Shown: positions 31,390 to 52,379, counted from the first letter of the stretch. The stretch: 64,000 nucleotides of DNA from Macrostomum lignano (GCA_002269645.1 NIVC01002528.1:100168-164167); one strand, 5' to 3'. The notes: a model not told the origin generated them from the sequence alone. Made by a program: numbers and translations.

Positions 31390-32830
31390 TAAATGATGGG
31401 TTTCGACCTTTCGGCCCCCTTGTGGGGAAGCCTTCGGGCCTCAGGTCTCAGAAATAAATCAATTAGAGTCCTGCCCCCCCCACTCCTGTCAGATGGTCAG
31501 CCCCATGGTAACTTGATCGTGTGGCGAGCAGTCTTATAGGTCCTATAGCTAAGAGAGGGACAGCGAGCGAGAGACGAGCAGGGAGAATTTTGAAGGTAGC
31601 GATCAGCTAATCCGCAGATTTTCTAACTCGCTGCCACCAGCCCGTGCGTCCTGGCTCACCACACTGGGACTCTCGAAATCGGGCTTCCGACTAGAAGGGG
31701 CTTTGCACTTACCTGCCAACTAGTGTCTTTTTGCTGTCAATCTCGAAGTCATAGTTGATGATAAGGGACACTGCTGGGACTAGATCGCATTGGCCATGCA
31801 GGTACAGAGGGGACTTGTGCAGGGGATTCTTGCGGTGGCGAGTCTATGGGGTAGCTACATGTACTATTACATTGCTAAATACGAAGATATGTACTTTTGG
31901 CCTTCAACGCGCCAACTAGCCTCTCATAGCGCTGATGATAGACTAACTCGAACATCAGAGACCGCATGATTCATCACCCGAGCCGCTTGGCGAACCTAGA
32001 GTGCACAAAGTACATCTCTGGCGCCGATTTCGCACTTCTGGCAGTTTTGCTCACTGGTTTGATAGGTTGATCGACTGAGAACTGCCTTGCCATTGGTCCA
32101 CTGTGACCGGCGCCTACTAGCTTAGCTACTCATCTGAGCCATCGGCGAACAAAGAAATAAAACCGATAAAAATAACTGTCAGATTTAACCTTCTCATTAG
32201 ATCAATCACTTCACACTTCAGATTGAATTGGAGTTTTAGACTACTAGCAGTATTATTGAATGACTTCTGCCTCAGCAACAGACAGCACTACTGAACAAAG
32301 AGAGCAAAAGTGTGCGCTTAATCCAGCTACTGAAACAGGGGACAGATAGGGAATCACCCAATCAAGCAAGTCTAGGTAGCCTCTCACCCAACCAATCAGA
32401 AACTCAACAGCCGGAGACCAGGTAATCCACAGTGACCGAATCGGCTTAGTGCTTCGCAGCTGTAGACCCGGGATGATGCTGTCACAATCTTCGCTGATAG
32501 CTAGCAGGTGATGCTCTTAACTTTGATGTTCGCTGCTGATGACCGGGGGATTCGTCCTTGATGATGATGGGGGGAAGTCGCAATCCGGGGATCAAGAAAC
32601 GACGGTCGCGCTCCGGGAACCAGAAGTTGCGTGCTGGGCCCGAGCAAGTTGGAGTCCGAGCGGGCCAAAAACTCCGGTTTAAATAGCCGCCAACTGGACC
32701 ACAGTTTGTTATAATGGAACACATCGATTCTGATTGGCTGAGCCGATTTGTTAAAATGAGCGCCGAATTTTCTGATTGGCTAAGCTTGTTGCTACCCAGA
32801 ATCACGTGACCGGGAGATCCTATCAGTTCC
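31390..32830 (-). mobile_element. Probable LTR-like or other retroelement regulatory fragment; boundaries uncertain
   Basis: Minus strand has tandem CCAATCAG boxes and TATTTAAA near 32680, followed by a GC-richer non-coding tract; no recognisable ORF or TSD. Confidence 0.3.
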
Positions 32831-34365
32831 CACAGGGTCGTAAAAGATGACAGGTGCGGCCATAAATCAATCAAAATCGCAACAAAATGATTTATGACTT
32901 TTCGCGTAGGATTGACAGAAATTAATGAAAAAATATACATTAGAAAGCTCTTATTAAATAGAAAGTGAAGATAATGAAGAGAAATCACTAATCGCTAATC
33001 CCAAGGTACTTTTAGGGGTAAAACGCATAGCTGTCAAAGCTGTCACACGCTTGAGTGAACACGAGCAATAGGCTCTGACCTCATAAATCTTGATGGCCTG
33101 TCAAAATGATGAGAAAAAAGCTACCGCATCCTCTCAGACCATCTGGCGCCCGCCTCAACACTGAGTGAGGCGCAGGTGGCTGTCAGACCAGCTTCGAAAG
33201 CGATTATTTATGACCCAAAAAGCTGCGCCTATGTTATTATGACTACTAGTATGACCAGACATTATATCTAGTATAGATTCTATGACAATTCGCAGAAAAA
33301 GGATAAAAATTCCCATTGCCCACTGTTAGTAGGCTAGTAAGTTTAGAGCCCATGTGCTAGCGCGGGGTTTGGAAAAAAGTGCGTCCTCATCAGAAAGTCG
33401 TTAACAATTGTTGATTTTCTGCAATTTAAGATGCTTAAACCGGAAAGGTAGTTATTGATCCCCGGGATACGAGCGGATATCAAGCAATTTTTGCCTAAAA
33501 CAGTTTCAGTTTCCGCCCTGCATGGTAGCATCAGCATCTCAGCGACTGCCCCTTGGTACCAATGAATGCCGATCAGCATACCATGTCAGTTGATCATCGG
33601 CACCTTAACTCTTTAGCTCGGGATATATTCATAACTTTAGCGTGTTAACAGTCGAAATAACAAAAGCCATATTATTCCACCCATAGATCGAATTTCCATA
33701 GAAGATTACTGCAGCTTCATGAGTGCGTGACGTAGCCTCGTGTTAGATATCGGGGTATTATGTTAGTACGTACGTAATACTGTTATCATCTGCGTCAGCA
33801 GTGTAATAGCTATTACATAACTCGAATCAAGTCTAAGCAGTAATTATTACTGCTAGGTACATGTACTTGCAAACACATACCCAGACAGGTATATCACATG
33901 TAGCTGAGAACAGGACCATCGATTTAACCTAAGGCTCGCATTAGTCACCAAGTTTTATAAATACACTACGAGCGCATCGAGTCCCAGCGTGCTACTGCAA
34001 CTAATACACGCGAGCCTTTGAAAACTGTCTTCTAAAGGCATGCAGCTCGACCGTGTGTGTTGTATTAATACATGTATAAATAGGGCGACATTTTTAACTT
34101 AAAATGTCAGCATGGATCGGAGCTGATAACGCAGTGAAAATGACGCATTTCTGATACATTGGCCAGAGCTGAATATATGCATATTAACTACACGTAGCAA
34201 CCAGCTATAGTCATTGGCTTGCAAACCGAACTCTATTAAAAGGTTAGGTTATAAGGTTATAAGAGAAAGGCTTTCTATACGTAGATAAAAACTTGCATTT
34301 AAGAAACTCGACTCGTGCCACTTTCTGCTGCCGATAGTTGCTGTAATAGTCACAAACCTGCGATC

Positions 34366-37300
34366 ATGAAGCGCCTCTGCAGTTTACTGCTGCTCTGCTC
34401 TCTGGTTGCTCTGGTTGCAGCGAGGGCGGCGGCACCTCCGCCAACGCATCGTCCTCTGTGCGAGCCCGGAGTGACGCCGCCGCCAAACCGGTTCAACTCG
34501 ACCGAACGGTTGCGGATGTTGCGCAATCGCATGGCGCAAGAGACTGCTCCAGGCATCGATTGGTACCTGGTCACCGGACTCAATAGAATGCTATCGGCGC
34601 CTCAGCCAAGCGAACAGTACCGGTCATGGCTAAGCGGATTCACGGGATCTAGTGGTAATCCTTATTTCAAAATGACTTGTTATTGTATAGATTGATTGAT
34701 ACTCTGATCACTGACAGGGCTATTGTTCTTTTAGCTGACATTCCATGAGAACTTTTTTTAACATCGACACATGTTAAAAATTCTGTTAATCTCAGTCACT
34801 TGGAAGAAATGAACGAGTATATACTGCACGCAAATGGGAGTGTTAGCCGACAACACGTTTATTATCAACAAAACTATTTTCCGACAACACGAGCAGAACG
34901 TTCAATCCAAAGTGAGAAGCGTCACCAGGCGCGTCGCCACTGGGAGGACAGGAGGGACATGTCCCCCCCCCCCCAGTAAAAGCTATGGGGGGACATGCCA
35001 ATGCTTTGTCTCCCCTCCCACCTTGTGACCCATTGTGGTAATAAATAATTTTTCTTCAGTGTGCCAAAATATAGCGCCTTCGGTGCCAAAATGAGTGCCT
35101 GCGACGCTAAAGTAAGCGCTGACAGCACGATTATCAAAACAATTGGAAATGTAGGACCTTCGTCATGTACATGTTGAATTCTTGGTTTTGTCCCCCTCAC
35201 CATAAAATCCATGGCGACGCCTCTGACCGTTACAGAGCCTGTCTCTTGACCTGGGTGCGAACCAGGGACTTCTTAAGCTAGCATCTTAAGCTAGACACGC
35301 AAGGCCTTACCTTGCGTGCCCGGTGCTGCTAGCTTGGTGCGAAGGTATTGGCGGAGCCGCTAGTGTCAGCCAGCAGACATGTTTGACGAAGTGCAAAAAA
35401 GCCTAAAAAGCATCTTACACATACGGAGCATACATGCGTAGGAATAAAACAATACCCACACATCCATCCGACGTTTAGAGTATTAGTACGAGTACAAGAT
35501 CATTTTTAGTATAGTAGAAGATTTAGTATATTTAGATTGGTTAAGACGACAAAAAGTAGGTAAAAAAAAAAATTTAGGCATAAGATTTTTCACGTCACCA
35601 ATTTTTCATTGACTATCGACGTAGTCGGACACGTCTGTAACGTTGGCATAACTCGTAGTAATAAATCAGTTTTTTCAATTTTATTTCAGGCCAGATACTG
35701 GTCAGTCAAACCGAAGCCTATCTATTCACGGACACTCGCTACACCGTGCAAGCCGATCAAGAGTTGGACTGCGATTGGAAATTCTTCGATTCATTGTCAA
35801 CAGATCGATGGGTGAACGCCTACAACGGCACCAGTGTTTCGCTAGCCGTCGATGCAAGAGAGATTCGAGCCAGAGATTACGAGAATCTGTTGAATAATGC
35901 CTCTGTTAAGCTGGTACCGCTGCAGAAAAATCTTGTCGATGAAATCTGGGTGGAGAATCGTCCTGAGCCCATCAAGCAGGACATTTATCCGCTGGCAATG
36001 ACTTATACTGGAAAGACCTGGCAGGCCAAGGTCGCTCAGATGCGCTCTGAGGCCCTGGGAATCGGATCAGACAAAGCCGACTTCCTGGTTGTGACAGGCC
36101 TGGACGAAACTGCCTACCTGTTGAATCTGAGAGCCACTGTGGTGGCAAATTTCCCCTACTTCCCAAGCCTCGTGCTGCTTTCCGCTGACAAGGCGCTCGT
36201 TTTCGTTGATGAACCGGCCTATTTCTATGGCAACGAGTCACTGCGCAAGCATCTCAGTCTGAATAGCGACGGAACATGCGAGGCTGGCGCGCAGCTTTGC
36301 ATCGAACTGAAGCGCATGACGGAGCTGAGCCCGGTAGCCAACCAGCTGCTCACAAACACCAGCAGAGTTTGGCTTGACGCCGCCAGCTGCTCCTACGCCG
36401 TCCAATCCGCGCTGTCAAAAGCTGCCATAATTTCTAAATCCACTCCAGTCCAGAAAGCGAAGGCCGTGAAGAATTCGGCAGAACAAGTGGCCTTCAAGGA
36501 CTGCTCGTTGATGGACTCGGCTGCTCTGGTAGCTTTTCTTAATCAGATGCGGCATCGCATGGCGAACAATGTGGCAATGACGGAGCTGTCGGCCAGTGCG
36601 CTTCTAGCCAACTACCGAGCCAAGATACCGGAGTTCCGCGGCCTCAGCTTCACTACTATTGCCGCCTCCGGCCCAAACGCCGCCGTTATCCACTACAGAC
36701 CGACTGAGAGCACCGATCGGTCCATAACCAAGTCCGAGGCTTTTTTATTGGATTCTGGCGGCCACTACCTCGGCTGCACTACCGACGTCACCAGGACATT
36801 GTACTACGGAGATCAACCGGTTGACGAGGTTCGCGACGCATACACTCGAGTACTCATGGGCGTTATCGACTTGTTCAATCTGACGTGGCCCAGCCACCTG
36901 ACCACGCGTCACGTGGACCCGTTTGCGCGTCACAACCTCTGGTCAGTGCTGAAAGACTACGCCCACGGCACCGGACATGGCATCGGGCTGTTCCTAGGGG
37001 TGCACGAAGGACCCAACGGAATCGGGCGGGACTATCCGCTTGAGGAGGGCAATTTTCAGTCAATTGAGCCGGGCTTTTATCAACGCGAGGCGGCCGGAGT
37101 TCTTGGCTTCGGAATTCGGCTTGAGACAATTTGCGGAGTCAAACTCACCGGCAAGTTTCTACGGTTTGAGCCGGTTACCTGGGTGCCGTTCGAGAGGAAG
37201 CTGATCAAACAGGAGATGCTGAGCCCGGATCAGCTGCGCTGGCTTAACTGGTACCACGGCGAGTGCCGGAAGCGTCTACCAGAAGCGCTGCAGAAAATTG

Positions 37301-37449
37301 GCGAACAGGCAGCAGTTGAAGAATGGCTGAACGCGGCTACCGAGCCAATTGTTGTCGAGGTGAAGTCGGCTCAAGGTGTGTACGCCAACGTCGTGACGAC
37401 ATTCATGCCCGTTCTGGTGGCAGTATTTCTGGTATCTAAATCGGTTTAA
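34366..37449 (+). CDS. X-Pro aminopeptidase (aminopeptidase P, M24B), XPNPEP2-like, with signal peptide and GPI-type hydrophobic tail, 682 aa
   Basis: join(34366..34654, 35690..37449) = 2049 nt. Motifs: SWLSGFTGSSG, FTDTRY, LLDSGG, TTDVTRT, HGTGHGIG..VHEGP, SIEPG, GIRLE, WLNWYH. N-terminus MKRLCSLLLLCSLVALVAA; C-terminus TFMPVLVAVFLVSKSV. Confidence 0.93.
34926..35225 (+). mobile_element. Complete MITE family A copy (300 bp), hAT-like, in the aminopeptidase intron
   Basis: TIR CAGGCGCGTCGCCA / TGGCGACGCCTCTG; degenerate 8-bp TSD AGCGTCAC / ACCGTTAC (6 of 8). Confidence 0.85.
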
Positions 37450-38321
37450 GAATGATTTCAATTAATCTATTTGTATAGACAATTGATTGGACGCGGATTT
37501 TTTCTTGAAACATTGATTCGATCTTGCACACGGGGAAGAAAGCAAAATTAATTTTTTGTAGACTTATCTAAGTAACTTAATATAATAGTAATCAAATAAC
37601 AAATAAATAACAATTTATCACAGGTACTCAAATTTACTAAGCGGTTAATATTGAACCCAATGGATTTTTTAATCAGATATTATACACGTCTGTCACAAGT
37701 TGACTCACCATATTTAACTACTCACCTAAATAATTGCCAACTAAATATAAAACATCAGCAAACGCTATAGCTCGTATATGCACGTTGTCGTTTTTGTGAA
37801 GCCGTCGGTTAATTGTTTAAAGCGGATGTGGGTTTAAACTGACTGTACATGTACTTATTAGTCATTTTATCTCTTTATTGTAACTCATCACCACACCTTT
37901 GGTAATTATGAGCTCAATTGGCAATTTGTTCATGTGAGCATTAAGTAGTATAACGACAATCGTCATTGAAATTTTGTTTGCCCCCCTCCCCTCGGATATT
38001 CACTGGCTGTACTTGTAACTTAGCCGACGGCGTCTGCAGGATTCTCAAGTAACTAGTTGAAGATATCAGAGATATTTGCAATAAGATGTCTGTAGTCACA
38101 GCTTGTGCCACCTGTTGAAGGTCCAGAATCTCCGCTTGTGAAGGGGCCATGCAGGAACCAACGAACTTGATGAAATTTGGAGGCTTGACAAGGTTGCACT
38201 GAGGCTTCAGTTTCAAGCATTCAGAAGTTGCAAGGAAGCTAGACTTTTTGTCGACGACGCGTGAATTTCGAGTTCAGGATAGGTCCCATACATGATCTTT
38301 GATTTCGACCAACTGCAGCAA

Positions 38322-39185
38322 AACAACAACAAACAACAACAAATTACGCAGCCCCGCAATCAAGGCCACAGAGCAAGGTGCGTCAGATGGCGTGCCGCAG
38401 AGCCTGAGAGCGGACGAAGTCCGCCCCGTTGGCAGTGTCGGGCGCCCCGGCGTCGCACAACAGGCAGTCCACGTATCGACGGGTTCGGGCCTGACTCTGC
38501 CTGAGCGGGCCCTGCAGGGTGAGCAGCAGGACGTCCTGAACAGGCCCAGATCTCATGGCCCGCCAGTTGAAGTCACCGCCGGCGCAGGATGATGGACGGG
38601 GCGCTGCAGCTTGGCCCGATTGTTCAGGGCCTCGGTCCCGACGCTCTCGTCAGCTCAAAAGGCCGCACGGAGCAGCCCTGAGTGCGCCGAGTCCAGCTGC
38701 CGTTCCAGCGTAGCCGTAAGCGTCCACGTCTCGGCTTTGTAGAGCAGGACGGGTTCGAGCACCGCCTGTCACAGCTGAGCCCTCTGGCGGTCGGGCAGCG
38801 CTTCGGACTGGAAGACGGCCCGGATCGAACGGAAGGCCGCCCAGGCAAGTCCTCGGTGCCGCCGGAGGTTTTCGTCCACGTGAGGCACCAGACCGTCAAG
38901 GTAGGTGAACCGCTGGCAGCGTGCGAGCCTGGTCGTCTGCCCGTCTGCACCGCGGCATGTTAGGTCCGCTGGGATGTCGGCCGGCACAGTCAGCACCTCG
39001 GTTTTTAGCGTGTTGACAACCAGTCCGACGCTCGATGCCACCTCAACCAGTCTGACGATCTGGCGCTGAGCGCCTTCAACGGACGAGGACAGGAGGGTGA
39101 GGTCGTCGGCGTAGCCAAGCACGCTCAGGCGCTTTTCGCCGTGACGGCGACCGATGCGTCTGCGCAGCAGGAAGCCGTCGTATAG
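38322..39185 (-). mobile_element. 5'-truncated RTE-clade non-LTR retrotransposon (RT C-terminus), disrupted
   Basis: LGYADDLTLL (RT YADD), GLVVNTLKTE, FTYL, AWAAF, VLLYKAETWTLT; (TTG)n 3' tail; candidate TSD AACTGCAGCAA 38311..38321 / AACTGCAACAA 39186..39196. Confidence 0.85.
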
Positions 39186-39254
39186 AACTGCAACAACTTG
39201 TTGCAGCCAGCTTTCAGCATCAGTCGGAAGGGGACCTCTGTAGTTAATGCGTTT

Positions 39255-39335
39255 GTGCAGCTGGCGCCCCTCTGTAGCTGGCGCCCACTCTGTAGCTGGC
39301 GTCCCCTTTGTAGCTGGCGTCCCTTTGTAGCTGGT
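39255..39335. repeat. Short tandem repeat, unit about 18 bp (CTCTGTAGCTGGCGCCCA), about 5 copies
   Basis: Direct observation. Confidence 0.8.
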
Positions 39336-41078
39336 TTCCGTTAGAAGATGTTTAGGGCAGGCGATCGAGTGATTCTCGCGCTATAAAAACACGGTTGGTT
39401 AGCAAAGAAAAATTCCGTAATTAAAAATTGGGGCCCAAAGAGCAGCAAAGCAAAAAAGCAAAAGTACATGTGCCTTAAATAATCAGACCGGGGTCGCCTC
39501 ACAGTCCAGGGGCCGTTTCGCCGTCACGGGAGCTGTCTTCAGCGGAGTTCGTCGATGTCGTCCGTGTCGGTGTTAGAGCAAGTTATTCAAGGGCGGAGGC
39601 TTATGGTTGTTTGTCGAGGATACCCGCTTTGGCGATTGGGGAAAGTCTCTTGAGATTTGCCCGGGTGGATCAGGTTGACCAGAGGGCCAAGTTGATCAAA
39701 GCGGGGTCAAATAAAAAGGCTCATGCATGGACATGTATTTATAAGCCCGAGAGTCACGTGAAATGTCACGTGACTTCCACTGCTAGGCAACCCAGTGATA
39801 ATTGCCGTGCTGTGATTGGCTAAAAGGGAATCCTGGGTGCTGCAAAGAGGTGGCTGAGTCATCGAGGCCAGTTTACGGGTAATGAGGGATCTGAAAATAG
39901 GTGCCACTAAATCATAACTGATAAATATTTATGTCACGTTTGAATAGTGTTAGAAGATCCGATCCCGTCGCGATTGATCGATCGAGAACAAAATTTAATT
40001 ATGGAGTCAAATTTGTGCAATATGTGCATGTGAAAAAGCAATGCCTGCAGCTGAGTTTGAACATACCGGCAATGAAAATCGTCAATAAAATTGTAATTTT
40101 ATTCTAGAATTTTCTGCTGGTTTGAATGGAAGGGTGATCAGACATTGGGTAGACATGCACATGCATGAACAGCATGAGCAAGTTAAGGACAGTCTGCTAC
40201 CCAAGGACAACTGAAGTAGTAGGACGCAACACTCGCGTATCGTGTAATTTTTTTTGGAGGCCTGGTCTTCACATATATGTAATTTTCGACTAGTTGCACG
40301 TAGAAAGCTAATTCTTTCGGTGTTAGGTCCAGAATTTTGTTTTTCGTTAAAATGTCAGTAATAAAATAGTAGACTACATGTATAAGCAGCGTACAGTTAA
40401 GTAGAGTGAAAACAACGCAATTTCGTGCAATTTAAAATTTACAATTCCTGTCACAATTCCTGGTCAATTGCGAAAACGATTTTTTAGTTTGTAAACTAAT
40501 AATCTCATTAAGCAAGTGTAAAATAAAACAGTTTATGTATTTTAGAAAATTTCACTGTCAAATGCCATTGGTTTATTATTACGAGTATCAAAAAAGTGAA
40601 TAAATTTTTGGCTTGCGTTAGAGTGAGACAAAACGGAAAACAAAAAAACTGATGAAAAACAATAGCAAACTCGACAAAGCATCTGCGACGAAGCAGAACC
40701 TGAAGGACCTGGATCTGGATCTATAATAAGTATAAAAAAATTGCTTTGTAAACATGGTCTCTTGTTGACATTTGTGATATAAAGAAACATTGTTTGTCAG
40801 CAAAAAAGAAAACAAGAAAACCAGTATTTCACAAATCCATATAAAGAAATGCATATTGTTATTGGCCATTAAAAGAACGTGGTATAATTATTTTAATTAG
40901 TAGGTGAAGTCAGCTTATCAAGTTTAGTAAGAAATGAAAACCTGAATGGTTTATTACAACACACACAGTCCTGTGCTCTATTTGTAGCGGTCGAATCCTA
41001 GGCTTATGTACGTAGAACTTTATACGGCTTACGGGCCTCCAAAAAAATTTCCACGAAAGCTGAGTGTCGCGTCCTATA

Positions 41079-42388
41079 CGAGGGTCACTCAGAAAGTTCT
41101 TAGCCTGAACACGAAAACAGCAACAAATGAACTAAAAAACGACTACAAGTGCTCAAAATACTCTCCACCGGCATTGATACAGGCTTGCATCCTGTGAAAC
41201 CAGCTGTCAAAGCACTGCCGCCAATCCTCATCCCGGAGCTCTTCGATGATGTTTTTGAACTCATTCACAGCTTCTTCCGGTGAAGAAAAGACCTGGCCCT
41301 TCAGAATCTCCTTGCACTTCGGAAACAGAAAAAAGTCGCACAGTGCCAGGTCTGGACTATACGCAGGGTGAGTCATCAGCTGGACCCCACAGTCAGCCAG
41401 AAACTCAAGAGTTTGAGCCGCCGTGTGCTCGCTGGCGTTGTCGTGGTGCAGAAGCACCCCGCGCATTCCGCACCTAGGGCGCCTCTGGCTCACAGCAGAA
41501 AAGACTTTGGGCAGGCAAACCGTTGTGTACCAGTCAGCGGTGACTGTCTGGCGATCTTTAAGTGAAACGGAAGCCACATGCCCAGTGCGCATGAAGAAAC
41601 AGGCCACCATCTGCTTGCCGACACTCCGGCTGCGTCGAAACTTGGTGGGGCTGTCCTCGTCTCCAAAGGTCCACATGGCTGACTGGCGCTTGCTTTCGGG
41701 GTCGTATTGATAAATCCAGGTCTCATCGCCCGTGAGGATGTCCCAGATACGCCGGCTGGTCCCAGATTCGAATTTCTGCAGCATGAATCGGCACCAAGCC
41801 ACCCTGGTGTCCTTCTGCACGTCCGACAGCTGATGGGGGATCCACCGGGAAGCCAGCTTCCGCACTCCAAGGTGTTCGTGCAGAATGGCGTGCACACTAC
41901 CCGATCCAATACCGATCTCCTGCTGGATCTGCTGGTAGGTCACTCGCCGGTCAGCGGCAATCATGCTGGACACAGCGCAGATATTTTCTGGAGTCACTGC
42001 GTCACAGGGTCTCCCGGATCGATGTTCATCTTCGAGGCTTTCTCGACCTCGGCGAAACTCAGCGAACCAGTTTTTGACGGTTGCGTATGAAGGACATACA
42101 TGGGTAAAAACGTTCTGTAAAGTTTGATACGATTCGGTCGGCGACTTGCCTTGCTTGAAGTGCAAGTAAATCATTGCTCTGAAGTCGCGATTTTCCAGCT
42201 TCATTGTTAAATTGAAGAACTCAGGGGGTGAACTGATTTTAACTCGCTGCAGTGGACTCAAAAGTGGCTGCTTCTGTTTGAAATTTTTGTTGCAATACTT
42301 TTAAAAGTTGGTCTTTACCATAGACAAATTTCATGCTTCTACGTCTCGTGGATCCTACTCAGGCTAAATACTTTCTGAGTGACCCTCG
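41079..42388 (-). mobile_element. Full-length mariner element (1310 bp) with 30-bp TIRs and TA TSD
   Basis: TA|CGAGGGTCACTCAGAAAGTTCTTAGCCTGA ... TCAGGCTAAATACTTTCTGAGTGACCCTCG|TA, two mismatches between TIRs. Confidence 0.96.
41143..42204 (-). CDS. Mariner transposase, DD34D, 353 aa, open frame
   Basis: WIPHQL, TGDETW, HHDNA, HPAYSPDLALCD (34 residues between D2 and D3), GEYFE; ATG at 42204 (MKLENRDF). Confidence 0.95.
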   Translation of the reverse strand: MKLENRDFRAMIYLHFKQGKSPTESYQTLQNVFTHVCPSYATVKNWFAEFRRGRESLEDEHRSGRPCDAVTPENICAVSSMIAADRRVTYQQIQQEIGIGSGSVHAILHEHLGVRKLASRWIPHQLSDVQKDTRVAWCRFMLQKFESGTSRRIWDILTGDETWIYQYDPESKRQSAMWTFGDEDSPTKFRRSRSVGKQMVACFFMRTGHVASVSLKDRQTVTADWYTTVCLPKVFSAVSQRRPRCGMRGVLLHHDNASEHTAAQTLEFLADCGVQLMTHPAYSPDLALCDFFLFPKCKEILKGQVFSSPEEAVNEFKNIIEELRDEDWRQCFDSWFHRMQACINAGGEYFEHL

Positions 42389-43399
42389 TATATAACGTAA
42401 CTTCAGTTGTCCTTGCTGCTACCTAGCTATTACATCAATTGTAATTGCATAAAATTTTCTATAGATGCTTTTATTGTGCCTAAAATACGGAAGAAACTAT
42501 AAGATTTATAATAAATGTTTTAATGCGTTTTCCTAGCAAAATCTTGCAAACTTTGGTCTTTTCTAGGATGTTACATATCTAAAGATGAAATTGCAAAAGC
42601 TCGGACTCTCAGATCATCGAAATCCCTACTTTTGAGAATTAGTGAAATTTTGTTCATGAAGTTTCGAGGTAGGAAAATTTCGAATTCTAAAAAGCTGCCG
42701 ACATCATGTTAAATAGACATTCACGTTCTTTGATTTTAAAATTCCGTAAATTACACTACACTATAACAATAATTCACCCGTAAAACATTGAATCCAGCAG
42801 TCAATTTCTTACAGCAAGATTGATTTTTATACTGAACAGAAATTTACTGCTTGTAAAGTAAAAAACGCGACAAAAATTATATGACGCGATAAAGCAAAGG
42901 AGAAACCGGTTAAATTAAATCGCAAAGCACTGCTGCACAAGATTCCAAAGAACACGACTCAATTTACTACATGACCATTCTGCCGTTTAATCTGAAAGAT
43001 TCATAAGGTATGGAAGTAAATTCGGAATAGTCATCAGACTAAAAATGCATGCTTGTATAATTTTACATTATATATATAAACAGATTTTTTGGTCTTGTAA
43101 CTTTTTATGGCATTGGATTTATAAACATTGTATGAAACTTTGTGCACGTGTAGATAACGTGTAGATCAGTTTTTAATATTAAATTTCATTTTTAAATAGA
43201 AAATATTTTGCATGATATACTATTTCTATTATTTAAAAATTCAATATTAGACATAAAGTTATATATCGTACATTAGTTATAGCCACTGTATCATATAAAC
43301 TACGATAACCACTCGCTATATAAATAGCTAGCTAAACATATTACGCGTATATATAAAGTAAATTTACGGGCTCGTATTAACCTAACAAACTATTTTAGC

Positions 43400-51149
<7,750 letters not shown>

Positions 51150-51489
51150 ATAAGTGGCTGTACTGTCTGTCCTAGAGCTGCTTTTGTAAATCAAGGTCAA
51201 GATTCTCATTTTGTTTAGTGCATCAAATACGTCATTCTGCATGCAGTATAACTACAACGTCTTGTAATTTCCTGTCACTCGCAGTCAACTCAAAGCTGTT
51301 AAATCATTTTATTTGTCACGTTCTAGCATTTTTCGAGTTGAATTAGTGTCATACTTCATAATAAAATAGCATGCACAGGCACATTGTATCTGAGATGTAT
51401 TTTCTTGACACAAATGATTAAAATCAGATTAAAATGCTTTCCGTGACTGCAATCTTCTAAAATTTCACTGCTTTATCTCTATCATCTCA

Positions 51490-51895
51490 AGATTCACCCA
51501 TTTCTCACACTCCCACACCCTTCCCCACTCTCCCACACCCTTCCACAACCTTTCCCACTTTCCTACACCTTCCCCACCCTCCCACGCCCTTCCCCACACT
51601 CCCACGCCCTTCCCCACACTCCCACACCCTTTTCCACACCCTTTCCCACTCTCCCACACCCTTTCCCACTCTCCCACCTCTCCACAACCTTTCCCACTCT
51701 TCTACACCTTTCCCACACTCCCACACCCTTTCCCACACTCCCACACCCTTCCCCACTCTTCCACACTCTTCCCTACTCTTCCACACCCTTTCCCTCAGTC
51801 CCACACCCTTCCCCATTCTTCCACACCCTTCCCCACGCTCCCACACCCTTCCCCACACTTCCCCACCCTTTGCCACTCTCCCACTCCCCACACTC
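51490..51895. repeat. Degenerate C-rich repeat (CCTTCCCACACTCCCACAC-like)
   Basis: Direct observation; the minus strand is G-rich (GGG runs). Confidence 0.85.
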
Positions 51896-52379
51896 ACAGA
51901 CCAAATTTGAAACCCACTTCAGTTATGGACAAAGTGAAACTAGGCACTTCGTAAACACCCATTATTTCCTGGGTATTTTTAGATTAACGAGAGTCTATCA
52001 AAAAGAAAATTGTTGAGGCCATCTTAATTAAAACAAAATGCATTACAAAATGTTAACTGTAAGGTTTGGTTTTAAAAGAAGAAAATTGGTTTCTTTGTGT
52101 TTTGTTTCTTGTAATTTACATTCCCTCGTGGGATTCAGATTAAAAAACTCTTAGCACAGGCTCCCTCATAAATTAATTTTTTCGCTGAAAATTACGTGTT
52201 GCAACTTTAATTGCTTTTAATATTAACTTTGAATTTGTATCAAAAGCAAGAAGACGCACAGAATATACAATAGCTTTTTGCAGCCCATTTTGGAGCATTT
52301 AATGTAATCCAAGATACGTTTTCCAATGCAACGGAGCTTTTGTCTATGGTAGCAAGGCTGGCACAGCGGCATTTAAGTT

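Noticed and set aside
38624-38963. Overlapping alternative-frame and antisense ORFs at the RTE, mariner, aminopeptidase and GPCR loci
   Set aside because: Shadow ORFs of GC-rich coding sequence, with no independent motifs.
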